Part shown: piece by piece, positions 55,852 through 64,000 of the stretch
Position numbering within the stretch: the first letter of the stretch is position 1
How the letters are laid out: each line of letters begins with the position of its first letter
Virus record (IMG/VR): IMGVR_UViG_3300025133_000028
Strand: one strand, 5' to 3'
DNA from: a virus
Length of the DNA stretch: 64,000 bases
Program-made: the position numbers and the translations under genes
The notes under the pieces: generated by a model
Told to the model about the DNA's origin: nothing
The model's database searches: none
What the model saw: only the letters and a program-made list of their open reading frames with translations

Positions 55852-56157
55852 ATGAAAATAAAAAACTGGCAACTACTAAACAGCCTTAGAAGTAAAGAAT
55901 GTTTTCCTCAATGTAACGAATGGTCTTTGGCAGATTGGGGAAATGCTATGGCGGTCGAAACGGGCGAAGCCTGTAATATTATCAAAAAGATGTCGCGAGA
56001 CAGTGTTGATTTAAAAGAAGAACTAGGAAAAGAACTTGCTGATATTGTTGCTTACGTTGCTTTACTGGCTAATGCTGCCAACATAGATTTAGAGAAAGCT
56101 ATGATTGATAAGTTTGACGAAGTGTCTATTAAGTTAGGCTCAAATTATAGAGCATAA
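55852..56157 (+). CDS. MazG-like NTP pyrophosphohydrolase
   Basis: ETGEACNIIKK, KELAD. Confidence 0.85.
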   Translation: MKIKNWQLLNSLRSKECFPQCNEWSLADWGNAMAVETGEACNIIKKMSRDSVDLKEELGKELADIVAYVALLANAANIDLEKAMIDKFDEVSIKLGSNYRA

Positions 56158-56168
56158 AGGGCGGAAAA

Positions 56169-56462
56169 ATGAAAAAAGTATCTTTTCTAAAAACCCCTCA
56201 CAAAAATTGGATTACTTCAACAAAAATTCCGCTATCTTGTTATTGGGTTGTAATTCCTCACGATGGAGACCAATTAGATGGTACTCCATACGAAATAGCT
56301 TATGTGTATTTTGATGGAAAATGGTCTGTAAGAAGAATTGGAATGTCTCAATATTTTTCAATTTATGATTTTACATTTGTCAAACCAATAGAAATATCAG
56401 AAAACGAATACAATATTATAATTAAAGATTGTCAAGAAAAATTTGGGAACGAATCATGGTAG
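56169..56462 (+). CDS. hypothetical protein
   Basis: 97-aa ORF. Confidence 0.65.
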   Translation: MKKVSFLKTPHKNWITSTKIPLSCYWVVIPHDGDQLDGTPYEIAYVYFDGKWSVRRIGMSQYFSIYDFTFVKPIEISENEYNIIIKDCQEKFGNESW

Positions 56463-56535
56463 AAGAAACATTACTAGAACTAACTAAGATAGAATTTGTA
56501 AATAGGTGTTGGAAAATTATAAAAGGAGAATATTA

Positions 56536-57597
56536 ATGAACAATCCCGTTAGGGTATTTGGACTTGGGAAAATGGGTATAGCTGTAGTCCATGCTTTGAA
56601 AAAACTTGGCTATACCAATATCCATACATACGATATAACCACACTGATTGATAAAGAAACAGACGATATAACACAACACACCTGTGATGGCGGATTTAAT
56701 TACTCAGAAGCTGTATCGAAAGACACCATAGGTGTTCTTTCGTGTATGCCTTACCATCAGAATTTACCTTTAGCTAAAGCGTGTATTGATAAAGGTGTAC
56801 CATACACTGATTTAGGCGGGCGAGTTGACGTATCTCAAGCTATTAATGATTATGCTAAAGAAAAAAATGCCACGGCAGTAACAGACCTTGGATTAGCACC
56901 AGGATTGGTCAATCTGGAAGTTATGCACGAAGTACTTCAGGCAAAAACATTTGGAATGACTCCTACAGTTGCCAACATGTCGTGTGGCGGAATACCAGAC
57001 ACTAATGTAGACAATATTCTAAATTATCAATGTACATGGTCTATGGACGGTTTAGTAAACGAATACGTAGATAACTGTCAAGCATTGATTGATGGGAACA
57101 TTCAAGAAGTTATGAGTTTAACCAATGACTTTAGATTAGATTTTGATAAAATTCATTTTGAATCTTCTAGAACAAGTGGTGGAGCAGCACATACTCTTGA
57201 ATGGATGCAAAAACAAGGTGTGTTAAACAGCGAGTATCAAACAATTAGAAACCCAGGTCATTTTAATGTTGTTAGAACTATTTTGGGTGACAATAAAGAT
57301 GCAGACCTTTTGGAATCTATATTTCAGAAATGTGGTTACACAAGTAAAGACATGGTGGTTTGGTCATCAAACGTCTTCACTAAAGAAGGGTATAAAAAAC
57401 TAACACTAAGTGGTATTCGTCATAACAGCGTTTTTACCGCTATGCAACAATGTACTGCTTTTCCTTTTGTTGCTGCTGCTGATGTCGTATTTAAATCTGG
57501 TAATAATAGTCGTGGATATGATGTTATTCTTGATAATTATGATAAATTTCAATCCAATCTTAATGATATTGGTTTTAAACCACAGGCAGTCAAATGA
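56536..57597 (+). CDS. saccharopine dehydrogenase / lysine 6-dehydrogenase family protein
   Basis: GLGKMG, YTDLGG, GLAPGL, GGIP, WSMDGLVNEY, TSGG, TIRNPGH. Confidence 0.85.
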   Translation: MNNPVRVFGLGKMGIAVVHALKKLGYTNIHTYDITTLIDKETDDITQHTCDGGFNYSEAVSKDTIGVLSCMPYHQNLPLAKACIDKGVPYTDLGGRVDVSQAINDYAKEKNATAVTDLGLAPGLVNLEVMHEVLQAKTFGMTPTVANMSCGGIPDTNVDNILNYQCTWSMDGLVNEYVDNCQALIDGNIQEVMSLTNDFRLDFDKIHFESSRTSGGAAHTLEWMQKQGVLNSEYQTIRNPGHFNVVRTILGDNKDADLLESIFQKCGYTSKDMVVWSSNVFTKEGYKKLTLSGIRHNSVFTAMQQCTAFPFVAAADVVFKSGNNSRGYDVILDNYDKFQSNLNDIGFKPQAVK

Positions 57598-58571
57598 AAA
57601 ACATATCTTTAGATTTAGTCAGAGTTACGGAAGCTGGGGCAATTCACGCATCAAAATGGGTTGGTTCTGGAAATAAAGAACTAGCAGATAAAGATGCCTC
57701 ACAAGCTATGCGTGATAGATTTAATCAAATGGATTTTTGTGGTTTAATTAAAATTGGCGAAGGTAAGAAAGATAAGTCGTTTGGTCTCTATGAAGGAGAA
57801 ATAGTAGGGAAAGCAAGTTATACTGCGGATTTTATGACAGAAGCAACAAGAAAGCTTTACCGCCACTTACAAGGACATACGGTGTGTGATATTGCTATTG
57901 ACCCTATTGAGGGGACTACTCCTACTGTGTACGGTGGACCAGAAGCTATGTCTGTGGTTGCAATAGCTAATAAAGACTCTATGTATACTACGGAAAACTA
58001 TTATATGGACAAACTAGTTTGGGGTCCAACAACAAACAAGTTTAAAATTAAGCCATCTTTGCGGTATTCTATTAAGAAAAATATACAAATTCTCTCGGAA
58101 GCACTTGACAAGCCTTACGATAGGGTTATTATATGTGTGCTAGACCGTGTGCGTAACTTAGACAGGATTGAAAAACTGCGGAAATTAGGCGTTAGACTCA
58201 AGCTTATTAAAGACTGTGATGTTTCTGGTGGTATTGCTGCGTGTTTGAATAGGTCTGGTGTAGATTGTTATATGGGTATTGGTGGTTCTCCAGAGGGTGT
58301 AATTACGGCTGCTGCTGTTAAGGGTCTTGGTGGAGGCATGGAAATCCGCGACGTAACCAAAGATGGCGAACGTTGGTTTACAAAGACTGGTAGTATCGTA
58401 GCATTAAACAAGCTGATTGATGGAGGATGTGCTTTTTCTGCAACTGGAATTACTACAGGTAGTATTTTGGATGGAGTGAAGATTATTAACGGCAAATATG
58501 TTACCCATAGTATGTTTATGAGAAGTGAAAGTAAAACTGTACGTTGGTTAAGGACTGAACATGGAAACTAA
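57594..58571 (+). CDS. glpX: class II fructose-1,6-bisphosphatase
   Basis: VRVTEA, IGEG, DIAIDPIEGT, YMDKL, GIGGSPEGVI.AAA. Confidence 0.9.
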   Translation: MKNISLDLVRVTEAGAIHASKWVGSGNKELADKDASQAMRDRFNQMDFCGLIKIGEGKKDKSFGLYEGEIVGKASYTADFMTEATRKLYRHLQGHTVCDIAIDPIEGTTPTVYGGPEAMSVVAIANKDSMYTTENYYMDKLVWGPTTNKFKIKPSLRYSIKKNIQILSEALDKPYDRVIICVLDRVRNLDRIEKLRKLGVRLKLIKDCDVSGGIAACLNRSGVDCYMGIGGSPEGVITAAAVKGLGGGMEIRDVTKDGERWFTKTGSIVALNKLIDGGCAFSATGITTGSILDGVKIINGKYVTHSMFMRSESKTVRWLRTEHGN

Positions 58572-58914
58572 AGATGAATTTATTATGCCTAAAAGGCAGG
58601 AAGTACAAATAACAGAAGATAACACGCACAAAAAAGGTACTCGTTCTAATATAAGAGTTTGGACAGAAGATGGTGGTGATGTTTATGAATTAGATGGTTC
58701 TTTGTGTACGGAATTACATGAAGACAAACAGATAATGATTTATGGTTTGTTGGGTGAAAAACGAATTATGACAGTCACACCAGAACATGACGCGGAAGAT
58801 AGTGGGATGTATGCGGTAATTCAACACTGGGAAAATTTGAATACTACAAGGAAAAATTACATTTGTACATATTTTATTGACAAAAGTATTTCTTTGAGGG
58901 CTGATTTTTCATAA
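58561..58914 (+). CDS. hypothetical protein
   Basis: SD AAGGA. Confidence 0.65.
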   Translation: METKDEFIMPKRQEVQITEDNTHKKGTRSNIRVWTEDGGDVYELDGSLCTELHEDKQIMIYGLLGEKRIMTVTPEHDAEDSGMYAVIQHWENLNTTRKNYICTYFIDKSISLRADFS

Positions 58915-58918
58915 TTTT

Positions 58919-58927
58919 GTGTATAAT
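58919..58927 (+). promoter_or_regulatory. putative late promoter
   Basis: GTGTATAAT; downstream palindrome AGCAGGG-TATAC-CCCTGCT. Confidence 0.55.
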
Positions 58928-58992
58928 AAAGAGGAACTATGAATACAAACAATAAATAATCAGCAGGGTATACCCCTGCTAGGGGGTGTGTC

Positions 58993-59325
58993 ATGAGTGA
59001 ATATTTAGGTGATGTAACTGCAAAAATAGTTGTTCAAGCAGAAGGCAAAAACTACAAAATAGACCCAGTGACGGTATTATTGGTCGCCAGAGTAGTAGTT
59101 AACTTAGTAAAAGCTTTAAAAGCTTGCAATAAACACACAGGCTCAGCGGTCAAAACGACCAAAAATATAACTCGCAGAGAACGTAACATTATAAAACGCG
59201 AGTTAAAAAAAGAGTTTGGTTTTTGGGGTTATTGGAAAAACGGCAGAAAATACGTAGATTCCATCGTAAAAACCTCTTCAGAATGTAATGAAGAAGACAT
59301 TGTAAAACTATATTCAGAGATTTAA
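58993..59325 (+). CDS. hypothetical protein, paralogue of 49815-50147
   Basis: manual alignment over the full length. Confidence 0.75.
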   Translation: MSEYLGDVTAKIVVQAEGKNYKIDPVTVLLVARVVVNLVKALKACNKHTGSAVKTTKNITRRERNIIKRELKKEFGFWGYWKNGRKYVDSIVKTSSECNEEDIVKLYSEI

Positions 59326-59337
59326 AAGGAGAATTGT

Positions 59338-60291
59338 ATGAGATTCAGGGTGGGATTTGTAGCAGTATTAGCACTAATGTTGACGACTTCTGTAGGTTTT
59401 GGTAATGATGTTATTAAACACTTACAAGATGTTAGCGTTACAATCAAGTCAGAAGGAGCGTTTGGTGGCGGGCAAGGGTCTGGAGTTATTGTAACTCGCG
59501 ATGTTGAAGTGAGCAAAGGAAAGACAGTAAAAGTCAACTTTGTGTGGACAGCAGCCCATGTTATTGATAATCTACGCACTGTTCGCAAAGTAGTAGACCC
59601 ACAAACCGGAGTAACAAAAAGCGTTATTGATTTCAAACCCGCACATATTGTCAAAGAATTAGTAGAAAATGGCAGACGAGTCGGTGAAGTCAAAATGGAA
59701 GCAGTTGTTATCAAGTATTCCCATTCGGAAGAAGGCGAAGACTTGGCTTTGCTTATGGTGAGAAAACGAGATTTTGTACAAGCAAATTCCAATTTTTTCC
59801 TTGATACAGAAGAAGACTCTGAAAATCTACAAGCTATTGATTTGGGTACGGAATTGTATCATGTTGGTTCGCTATTAGGGCAGTTTGGTAGTAATTCATT
59901 GACTACTGGTGTTATTTCACAGGTTGGACGAGTACTTGACCTATCGAGTGGTGAAGGTACTGTATTTGACCAAACAACGGTAACAGCTTTTCCTGGTAGT
60001 TCTGGTGGTGGTGTTTTCTTGAAAGACGGACGATATATTGGTATGTTGGTTCGTGGTGCTGGCGAGACGTTCAATCTTATTGTTCCAGTACGTAGAATGC
60101 ATACGTGGGCAAAAGAAAATAAAGTAGAATGGGCTATGAACAAATCAGTAAAAATACCTACGCTAAAAGAGTTGCGTAAAATTACTGTTGATGACAGTGT
60201 GTCTCAAGACACAGACAAAACAGAACGTTCAGAAGACTCAAAACAATATGACTTCTTGTTTAAATACACTCCGGTAGAAACGAAAGAATAG
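59338..60291 (+). CDS. secreted trypsin-like serine protease
   Basis: signal peptide; WTAAHV, EDLALL, PGSSGGG. Confidence 0.88.
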   Translation: MRFRVGFVAVLALMLTTSVGFGNDVIKHLQDVSVTIKSEGAFGGGQGSGVIVTRDVEVSKGKTVKVNFVWTAAHVIDNLRTVRKVVDPQTGVTKSVIDFKPAHIVKELVENGRRVGEVKMEAVVIKYSHSEEGEDLALLMVRKRDFVQANSNFFLDTEEDSENLQAIDLGTELYHVGSLLGQFGSNSLTTGVISQVGRVLDLSSGEGTVFDQTTVTAFPGSSGGGVFLKDGRYIGMLVRGAGETFNLIVPVRRMHTWAKENKVEWAMNKSVKIPTLKELRKITVDDSVSQDTDKTERSEDSKQYDFLFKYTPVETKE

Positions 60292-60303
60292 GAGGTACTA
60301 ACA

Positions 60304-60741
60304 ATGGAGTCTGGCGACATCTTACTTAGTAGATGGATTGATGACTCTAATAATAGTACTCCTGGCTATTGGAATCATACGGCTCTATATGTTGGTAACG
60401 GCCAACTTATAGAGTCCGTTTTTGGTAAAGGAGTAATTATTAGCGAGTTTGAGGAATGGAAACACAACGTTGGTAGATATTGTGTACTTCGACCAGAAAA
60501 CTCACACAAAATCAACAAAAATAAAACAATTTCCTTTGCAAAATCAAAAATAGGAGTAAAATATAGTATGTTTTCTTCTATCAGTCGTATTTGGAGAATG
60601 TTTGGGGTTAATTGCGTAAGTCTAGTCAGACAATCATACAACAGAGGAGGCTTAAAAGTTAAGTGGAAATATCCTGATTGTATACATGATGATACTAGAC
60701 TTAAAATTGTAGAAATAACAACACTATCATTGGAAGAATAA
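60304..60741 (+). CDS. permuted papain-like amidase, YaeF/YiiX (C92)
   Basis: GDILL, GYWNHTAL, NCVSLV..SY, YPD. Confidence 0.8.
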   Translation: MESGDILLSRWIDDSNNSTPGYWNHTALYVGNGQLIESVFGKGVIISEFEEWKHNVGRYCVLRPENSHKINKNKTISFAKSKIGVKYSMFSSISRIWRMFGVNCVSLVRQSYNRGGLKVKWKYPDCIHDDTRLKIVEITTLSLEE

Positions 60742-60800
60742 GCCGAAAGACCCAGTGTAACGGCACCTGTCTTGAAAACAGACTTAGCTCTTAAAAGACT
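60732..60800 (+). pseudogene. 5' portion of tRNA-Ser(UGA), T arm and 3' acceptor strand missing
   Basis: GGAAGAA-TA-AGCCG...CGGC-A-CCTGT-CTTGAAA-ACAGA. Confidence 0.6.
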
Positions 60801-60936
60801 AGAAATAGAAGTAGAAAGACTACAAAAATGGGACGGTTCGTATCCAACGACATTGTTTGGTGGCGACAATCTCATGGGTCAAAATCTACTGTTGAATGTT
60901 CCAGTGGAAAAAGGAAACGACAAACGAATTGGTTAA
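60784..60936 (+). pseudogene. C-terminal remnant of an SPFH/prohibitin-like gene
   Basis: LALKRLEIEVERLQKWDGSYPTTLFGG; no start codon. Confidence 0.55.
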
Positions 60937-61172
60937 ACTCTATTTTACAAGCGTTTAGACTTGAAAATAAAATACGTTCTGTTGAAAGAGACCGAAAAGC
61001 AGCAGAAAAGAAAGCAAAAAGAGACGATGCTATTCACAATACTCCTGTTATTAGAACGTATGACTATAAAAAAGGAACAGTAAAAGACCACCGTACAGGA
61101 AAAATAGCAAGTTTAAAACAAGTTGTGCAAAAAGGTAGAATAGACCTTTTAAAAGACAAGGAAATCAAATGA
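60930..61172 (+). pseudogene. C-terminal remnant of a class I peptide release factor-like gene
   Basis: IRTYDYKKGTVKDHRTG...LKQVV.KG.ID; GGQ motif absent. Confidence 0.7.
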
Positions 61173-62251
61173 GAGTTTTAATAGTTGGTGATTCCGTATT
61201 TGAAGGTAAAAAAGAACCTAATGTTGGTTTTTATCTTGAAAAAATTATGTTTAATGACCATATCTTAAATAGAGCGGTTGCAGGTAGTGACTTAGTTGAA
61301 ATTAAAGAAAGACTAGTACAAGACATTACTGACCATAACCCAGACTATGTTGTTTTGCAGGGTGGTGTTAATGATATTGCTGAAAACGTTAATACACAAG
61401 ACATTACTCAAAGGTATCAAGATTTAATTAACGAAACACTTAATGCAGGAATACCAGCAAGTAAGATTATTGTTACCACTATTTCTCCTTGGTTAAGTCA
61501 AGACGGAGAAGTTGATTACCTAACTACCGCTTCTGTTAATGATTGGATTAGACAACAATCTAGTCACCTACAATTAGAAACATATATGTTGTTGGAAGAT
61601 GGAAATGGTCAGTTACTTCCAGAATATTCTGTAGATGGCACACATATTAACGGAAATGGTGCTAAAGAGGTTGCTATAGAGATTCAAGATGTAATCAATT
61701 TTGACAACGGAGATACTAATCATTATAAAAGATATGACCCTACAACTATAGTAACAGACGACTTTAACAGACAAGACGATTGGTTGGGTGATAAATGGTC
61801 AGATATTAGACATAATATTAAGCCAGTAAACGGAGTTGCTAAAAGTAGGTATGGTTCTGATATAAGTACCTCTATTTTGAATCAGCAGTTTTACGGCAAC
61901 GTGTTTGTTTCGTGTTTGATTAAACCAAATGCTATAAGTAGTTTTGGTGCTATAGTTTTTACCGATGGTAATTGGCGTAATATTAACCAATTTTCATATT
62001 CAGGAAACGGCAACAAATTTGAAGTTGTAGAAATAAAAAACAATCGTGTTCGTAGACAAATAGAAAAAATTTACGATATGCAAGAAGACGAATACTTAAT
62101 GTCTGTTAGGCTAGATGGTCATAATTATACATACTATATTAACGGACAGCAAATTGGTTCTTGTTTTATTACTACTCAGTTACCTTTTAAAATTGGAATA
62201 ATGGCTGCAAGACTCTGTGAAATCAGAAATTTTGTAGCTGTTCAGGATTAA
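61169..62251 (+). CDS. SGNH/GDSL hydrolase with C-terminal beta-sandwich domain
   Basis: VGDS, NRAVAG, GGVND, DGTH. Confidence 0.85.
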   Translation: MRVLIVGDSVFEGKKEPNVGFYLEKIMFNDHILNRAVAGSDLVEIKERLVQDITDHNPDYVVLQGGVNDIAENVNTQDITQRYQDLINETLNAGIPASKIIVTTISPWLSQDGEVDYLTTASVNDWIRQQSSHLQLETYMLLEDGNGQLLPEYSVDGTHINGNGAKEVAIEIQDVINFDNGDTNHYKRYDPTTIVTDDFNRQDDWLGDKWSDIRHNIKPVNGVAKSRYGSDISTSILNQQFYGNVFVSCLIKPNAISSFGAIVFTDGNWRNINQFSYSGNGNKFEVVEIKNNRVRRQIEKIYDMQEDEYLMSVRLDGHNYTYYINGQQIGSCFITTQLPFKIGIMAARLCEIRNFVAVQD

Positions 62252-62269
62252 ACAGGATAAATATCAAAC

Positions 62270-62671
62270 ATGGGTAAACACAACAAAACAATAGCTTTAG
62301 ATTTAGATGCAACCATTGCTCAATATAATGGATTTAAGATTAACGGAAGATTTAATATTGGAGACCCAATTCCTGGTGCAAGAGAATTTGTAAAAACATT
62401 AAGGAAAAAATATAGTATTTTGATTTACACATGTCGTTGTAATGTGTCTAGCAGCCGGGATTCGCAACAACATTCAGACCCTGCTAAGTTTCTTCAGGAA
62501 ATTGTTCAGGAATGGCTTGACAAACACGGAATTCCATACGATAATGTATACGTAGGACAAGGGAAACCACACGCGAATTATTTTATTGACGACCGTGGGG
62601 TGCGGTGTAATCACAAGGAAGACCCCAATGCCTACGAGAATATTTTGAACTTTATTTTAGGAGATAAGTAA
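62270..62671 (+). CDS. HAD-family phosphatase
   Basis: DLDATI, YTCR, KP....IDDR. Confidence 0.85.
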   Translation: MGKHNKTIALDLDATIAQYNGFKINGRFNIGDPIPGAREFVKTLRKKYSILIYTCRCNVSSSRDSQQHSDPAKFLQEIVQEWLDKHGIPYDNVYVGQGKPHANYFIDDRGVRCNHKEDPNAYENILNFILGDK

Positions 62672-62959
62672 TGTGCTGTGGTCCTAAAATTCCGCAATTA
62701 ATTGACGTTGTTTTAATTCCATATTTCTTCTTGAAGTTCTGTTGTAAAGAATATTGGAATAAGGAAAGATACTGATTAAAAATCAGGACCATGAGTGTGA
62801 TAGAAGCACAATTCTCTTCTAAAGAATTAGAACTGGAGCGTAACCAGTATGGTCTACTAGAGAAGTTAGAGTCCTCGCCATAAAACGGTATATTGACTAA
62901 GTACACGTTAATATATTATTGTCACTAACAGTTATACTATCATCTTGTGATAAGGCGAG
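62672..62959 (+). ncRNA. putative structured RNA(s) upstream of the tRNA
   Basis: TGTGCT/AGCACA, TGGTCCT/AGGACCA, ATTCCATATTTCTT/AAGAATATTGGAAT, ACTGG/CCAGT, CTCGCC/GGCGAG, TATATTGAC/GTTAATATA. Confidence 0.45.
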
Positions 62960-62963
62960 ATAA

Positions 62964-63032
62964 GCCAAGATATGCTGGTGCAAAAGCTGCTTTCATAAGG
63001 CAGTACTGAGGGTTCGTTTCCCTCTCTTGGCT
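62964..63032 (+). tRNA. tRNA(CAU), Met or Ile2, with reduced D arm
   Basis: GCCAAGA/TCTTGGC; CTGCT-TTCATAA-GGCAG; GAGGG-TTCGTTT-CCCTC; D arm only TGC-TGGT-GCA. Confidence 0.7.
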
Positions 63033-63035
63033 CTT

Positions 63036-63971
63036 ATGAGACATTTATTTTTACTATCGCCCATGAAAACGGGTTCTACTATTATGTGGAAAATGCTACG
63101 CGACTGTAGTAATGTTGCTGCAATGGAGTTAGACGAAGGTGAAAAATACTGGTGTCAATACCCACACTATCTACATCCTTGGGCACCCGTCACAGGTTGT
63201 CACGGCTTACCTACTAGGAATGTCGGTTTATACGAATCCGAATCAAGATACCCGTGGGACAGAATTAAAGAAGTATGGAACACAGCGTGGGATAAGAAAA
63301 ACGACGACAGACTTTATGTTGAAAAATCTCCACCAAATGTTTTCCGATGGGAAATGCTAGACAGAGAATTTGAAAACTGTTTCTTTATTGCGATATTAAG
63401 AAATCCTTACTCTTGGATTGAGTCTATGATAGACCACTTTGGTAGTAAAGATAAAATAATGGCTGCTGAACATTTTGTAACAGACTGGGTAACATACACC
63501 TTGCGAGTTAAACAAGCAAAAGAAGCGTTGGGCGACCGAATGTTGATTACTCAATACGAAAATTTAGATGGTTTGCTGGATTTTGCAGAGATTGTGCCGG
63601 AAATTTCCGAGATAAAACTTGACACCCTGGTGAACAACACGTATACTCGTATTGAACATATGACGTTGGCGAGATTGAAAATTATTTCTAAAACCTTTTT
63701 AGGTGATTGCAAGTCTTACAGACATGTCGCGTCATTACAGCAAATGCAAGAAGCGTTGTTATTTTCTAAGTACGGATTGTTGAATACAGAATACGGAACA
63801 GATAAGAGAGTTTTGCCTGTATCTCAAAAGTGGACTGGTGATTACTTGTTAAAGTATGAAAAGTTTAGAAACGACAGATTTACAGATTGGACAAACAATG
63901 GTATGCCTGAATGGATGTTAAATTTAGGTATTTATGACAAAGTACTAGTTGATATTGTAGAAAGTTGTTAA
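63036..63971 (+). CDS. sulfotransferase family protein
   Basis: PMKTGST, VEKSPPN, ILRNPY, QYE. Confidence 0.8.
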   Translation: MRHLFLLSPMKTGSTIMWKMLRDCSNVAAMELDEGEKYWCQYPHYLHPWAPVTGCHGLPTRNVGLYESESRYPWDRIKEVWNTAWDKKNDDRLYVEKSPPNVFRWEMLDREFENCFFIAILRNPYSWIESMIDHFGSKDKIMAAEHFVTDWVTYTLRVKQAKEALGDRMLITQYENLDGLLDFAEIVPEISEIKLDTLVNNTYTRIEHMTLARLKIISKTFLGDCKSYRHVASLQQMQEALLFSKYGLLNTEYGTDKRVLPVSQKWTGDYLLKYEKFRNDRFTDWTNNGMPEWMLNLGIYDKVLVDIVESC

Positions 63972-63972
63972 T

Positions 63973-64000
63973 ATGAAAGCTAAATTTTACCAAGTTGGTG
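63973..64000 (+). CDS. start of next gene, truncated by window edge
   Basis: MKAKFYQVG. Confidence 0.5.

Noticed and set aside
60833-60850. GGTTCGTATCC as the missing T arm of tRNA-Ser
   Set aside because: Only 2 bp of stem and no TTCTTCC acceptor strand follows; it is better explained as WDGSYP codons
1-64000. Minus-strand and alternative-frame ORFs in the supplied track
   Set aside because: They shadow well-supported + strand genes, lack SD sites and motifs, and look like antisense artefacts; only the HNH remnant (not in the track) is credible on the minus strand
1-64000. Stop-codon reassignment
   Set aside because: Known genes are full length under the standard code, all three stops are used, and no suppressor tRNA was seen

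Overview
This window is a 64-kb segment of a large (probably jumbo) tailed-phage genome, roughly 33-38% GC, with essentially all genes on the + strand and standard genetic code. The host is possibly a Planctomycete (inference only). Region 1-17 kb is an early region with more than 20 near-consensus sigma70-type promoters, all with a 16-bp spacer. It holds many small ORFs (ArdC, SprT, GP88), four copies of an 83-bp pseudo-palindromic element, and several structured non-coding RNAs. These RNAs include a circularly permuted, YrlA-topology tRNA mimic and two tRNA-like RNAs with large insertions. Region 19-35 kb is an NAD/ADP-ribose and nucleic-acid repair block: NMNAT-like, NAMPT, Nudix, Thg1, two RNA ligases, two DNA MTases, a WGR-PARP, DNA ligase, macrodomain, kinase and a frameshifted phosphoesterase. 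Region 35-46 kb has glycosyl-, sulfo- and methyltransferases, a tmRNA (tag GNNLQLAA), a nucleotidyltransferase, a CinA-like protein, a sigma-like factor, ThyA, ClpP and a DeoC-like protein. Region 46.6-51.4 kb and region 58.9-60.7 kb are two related protease-rich modules behind a GTGTATAAT motif. Region 51-64 kb has a radical SAM enzyme, atypical tRNAs, GuaC, MazG, saccharopine dehydrogenase, GlpX, gene remnants, SGNH, HAD and a sulfotransferase. The best candidates for an undescribed system are: (i) the set of re-engineered tRNA-like RNAs together with RNA-repair enzymes, (ii) a self-contained PARP write/erase/NAD-recycle circuit, (iii) the 83-bp repeat array among the early promoters, and (iv) a duplicated protease-based envelope/lysis module. 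All calls come from manual motif reading and manual base pairing; no searches were run.
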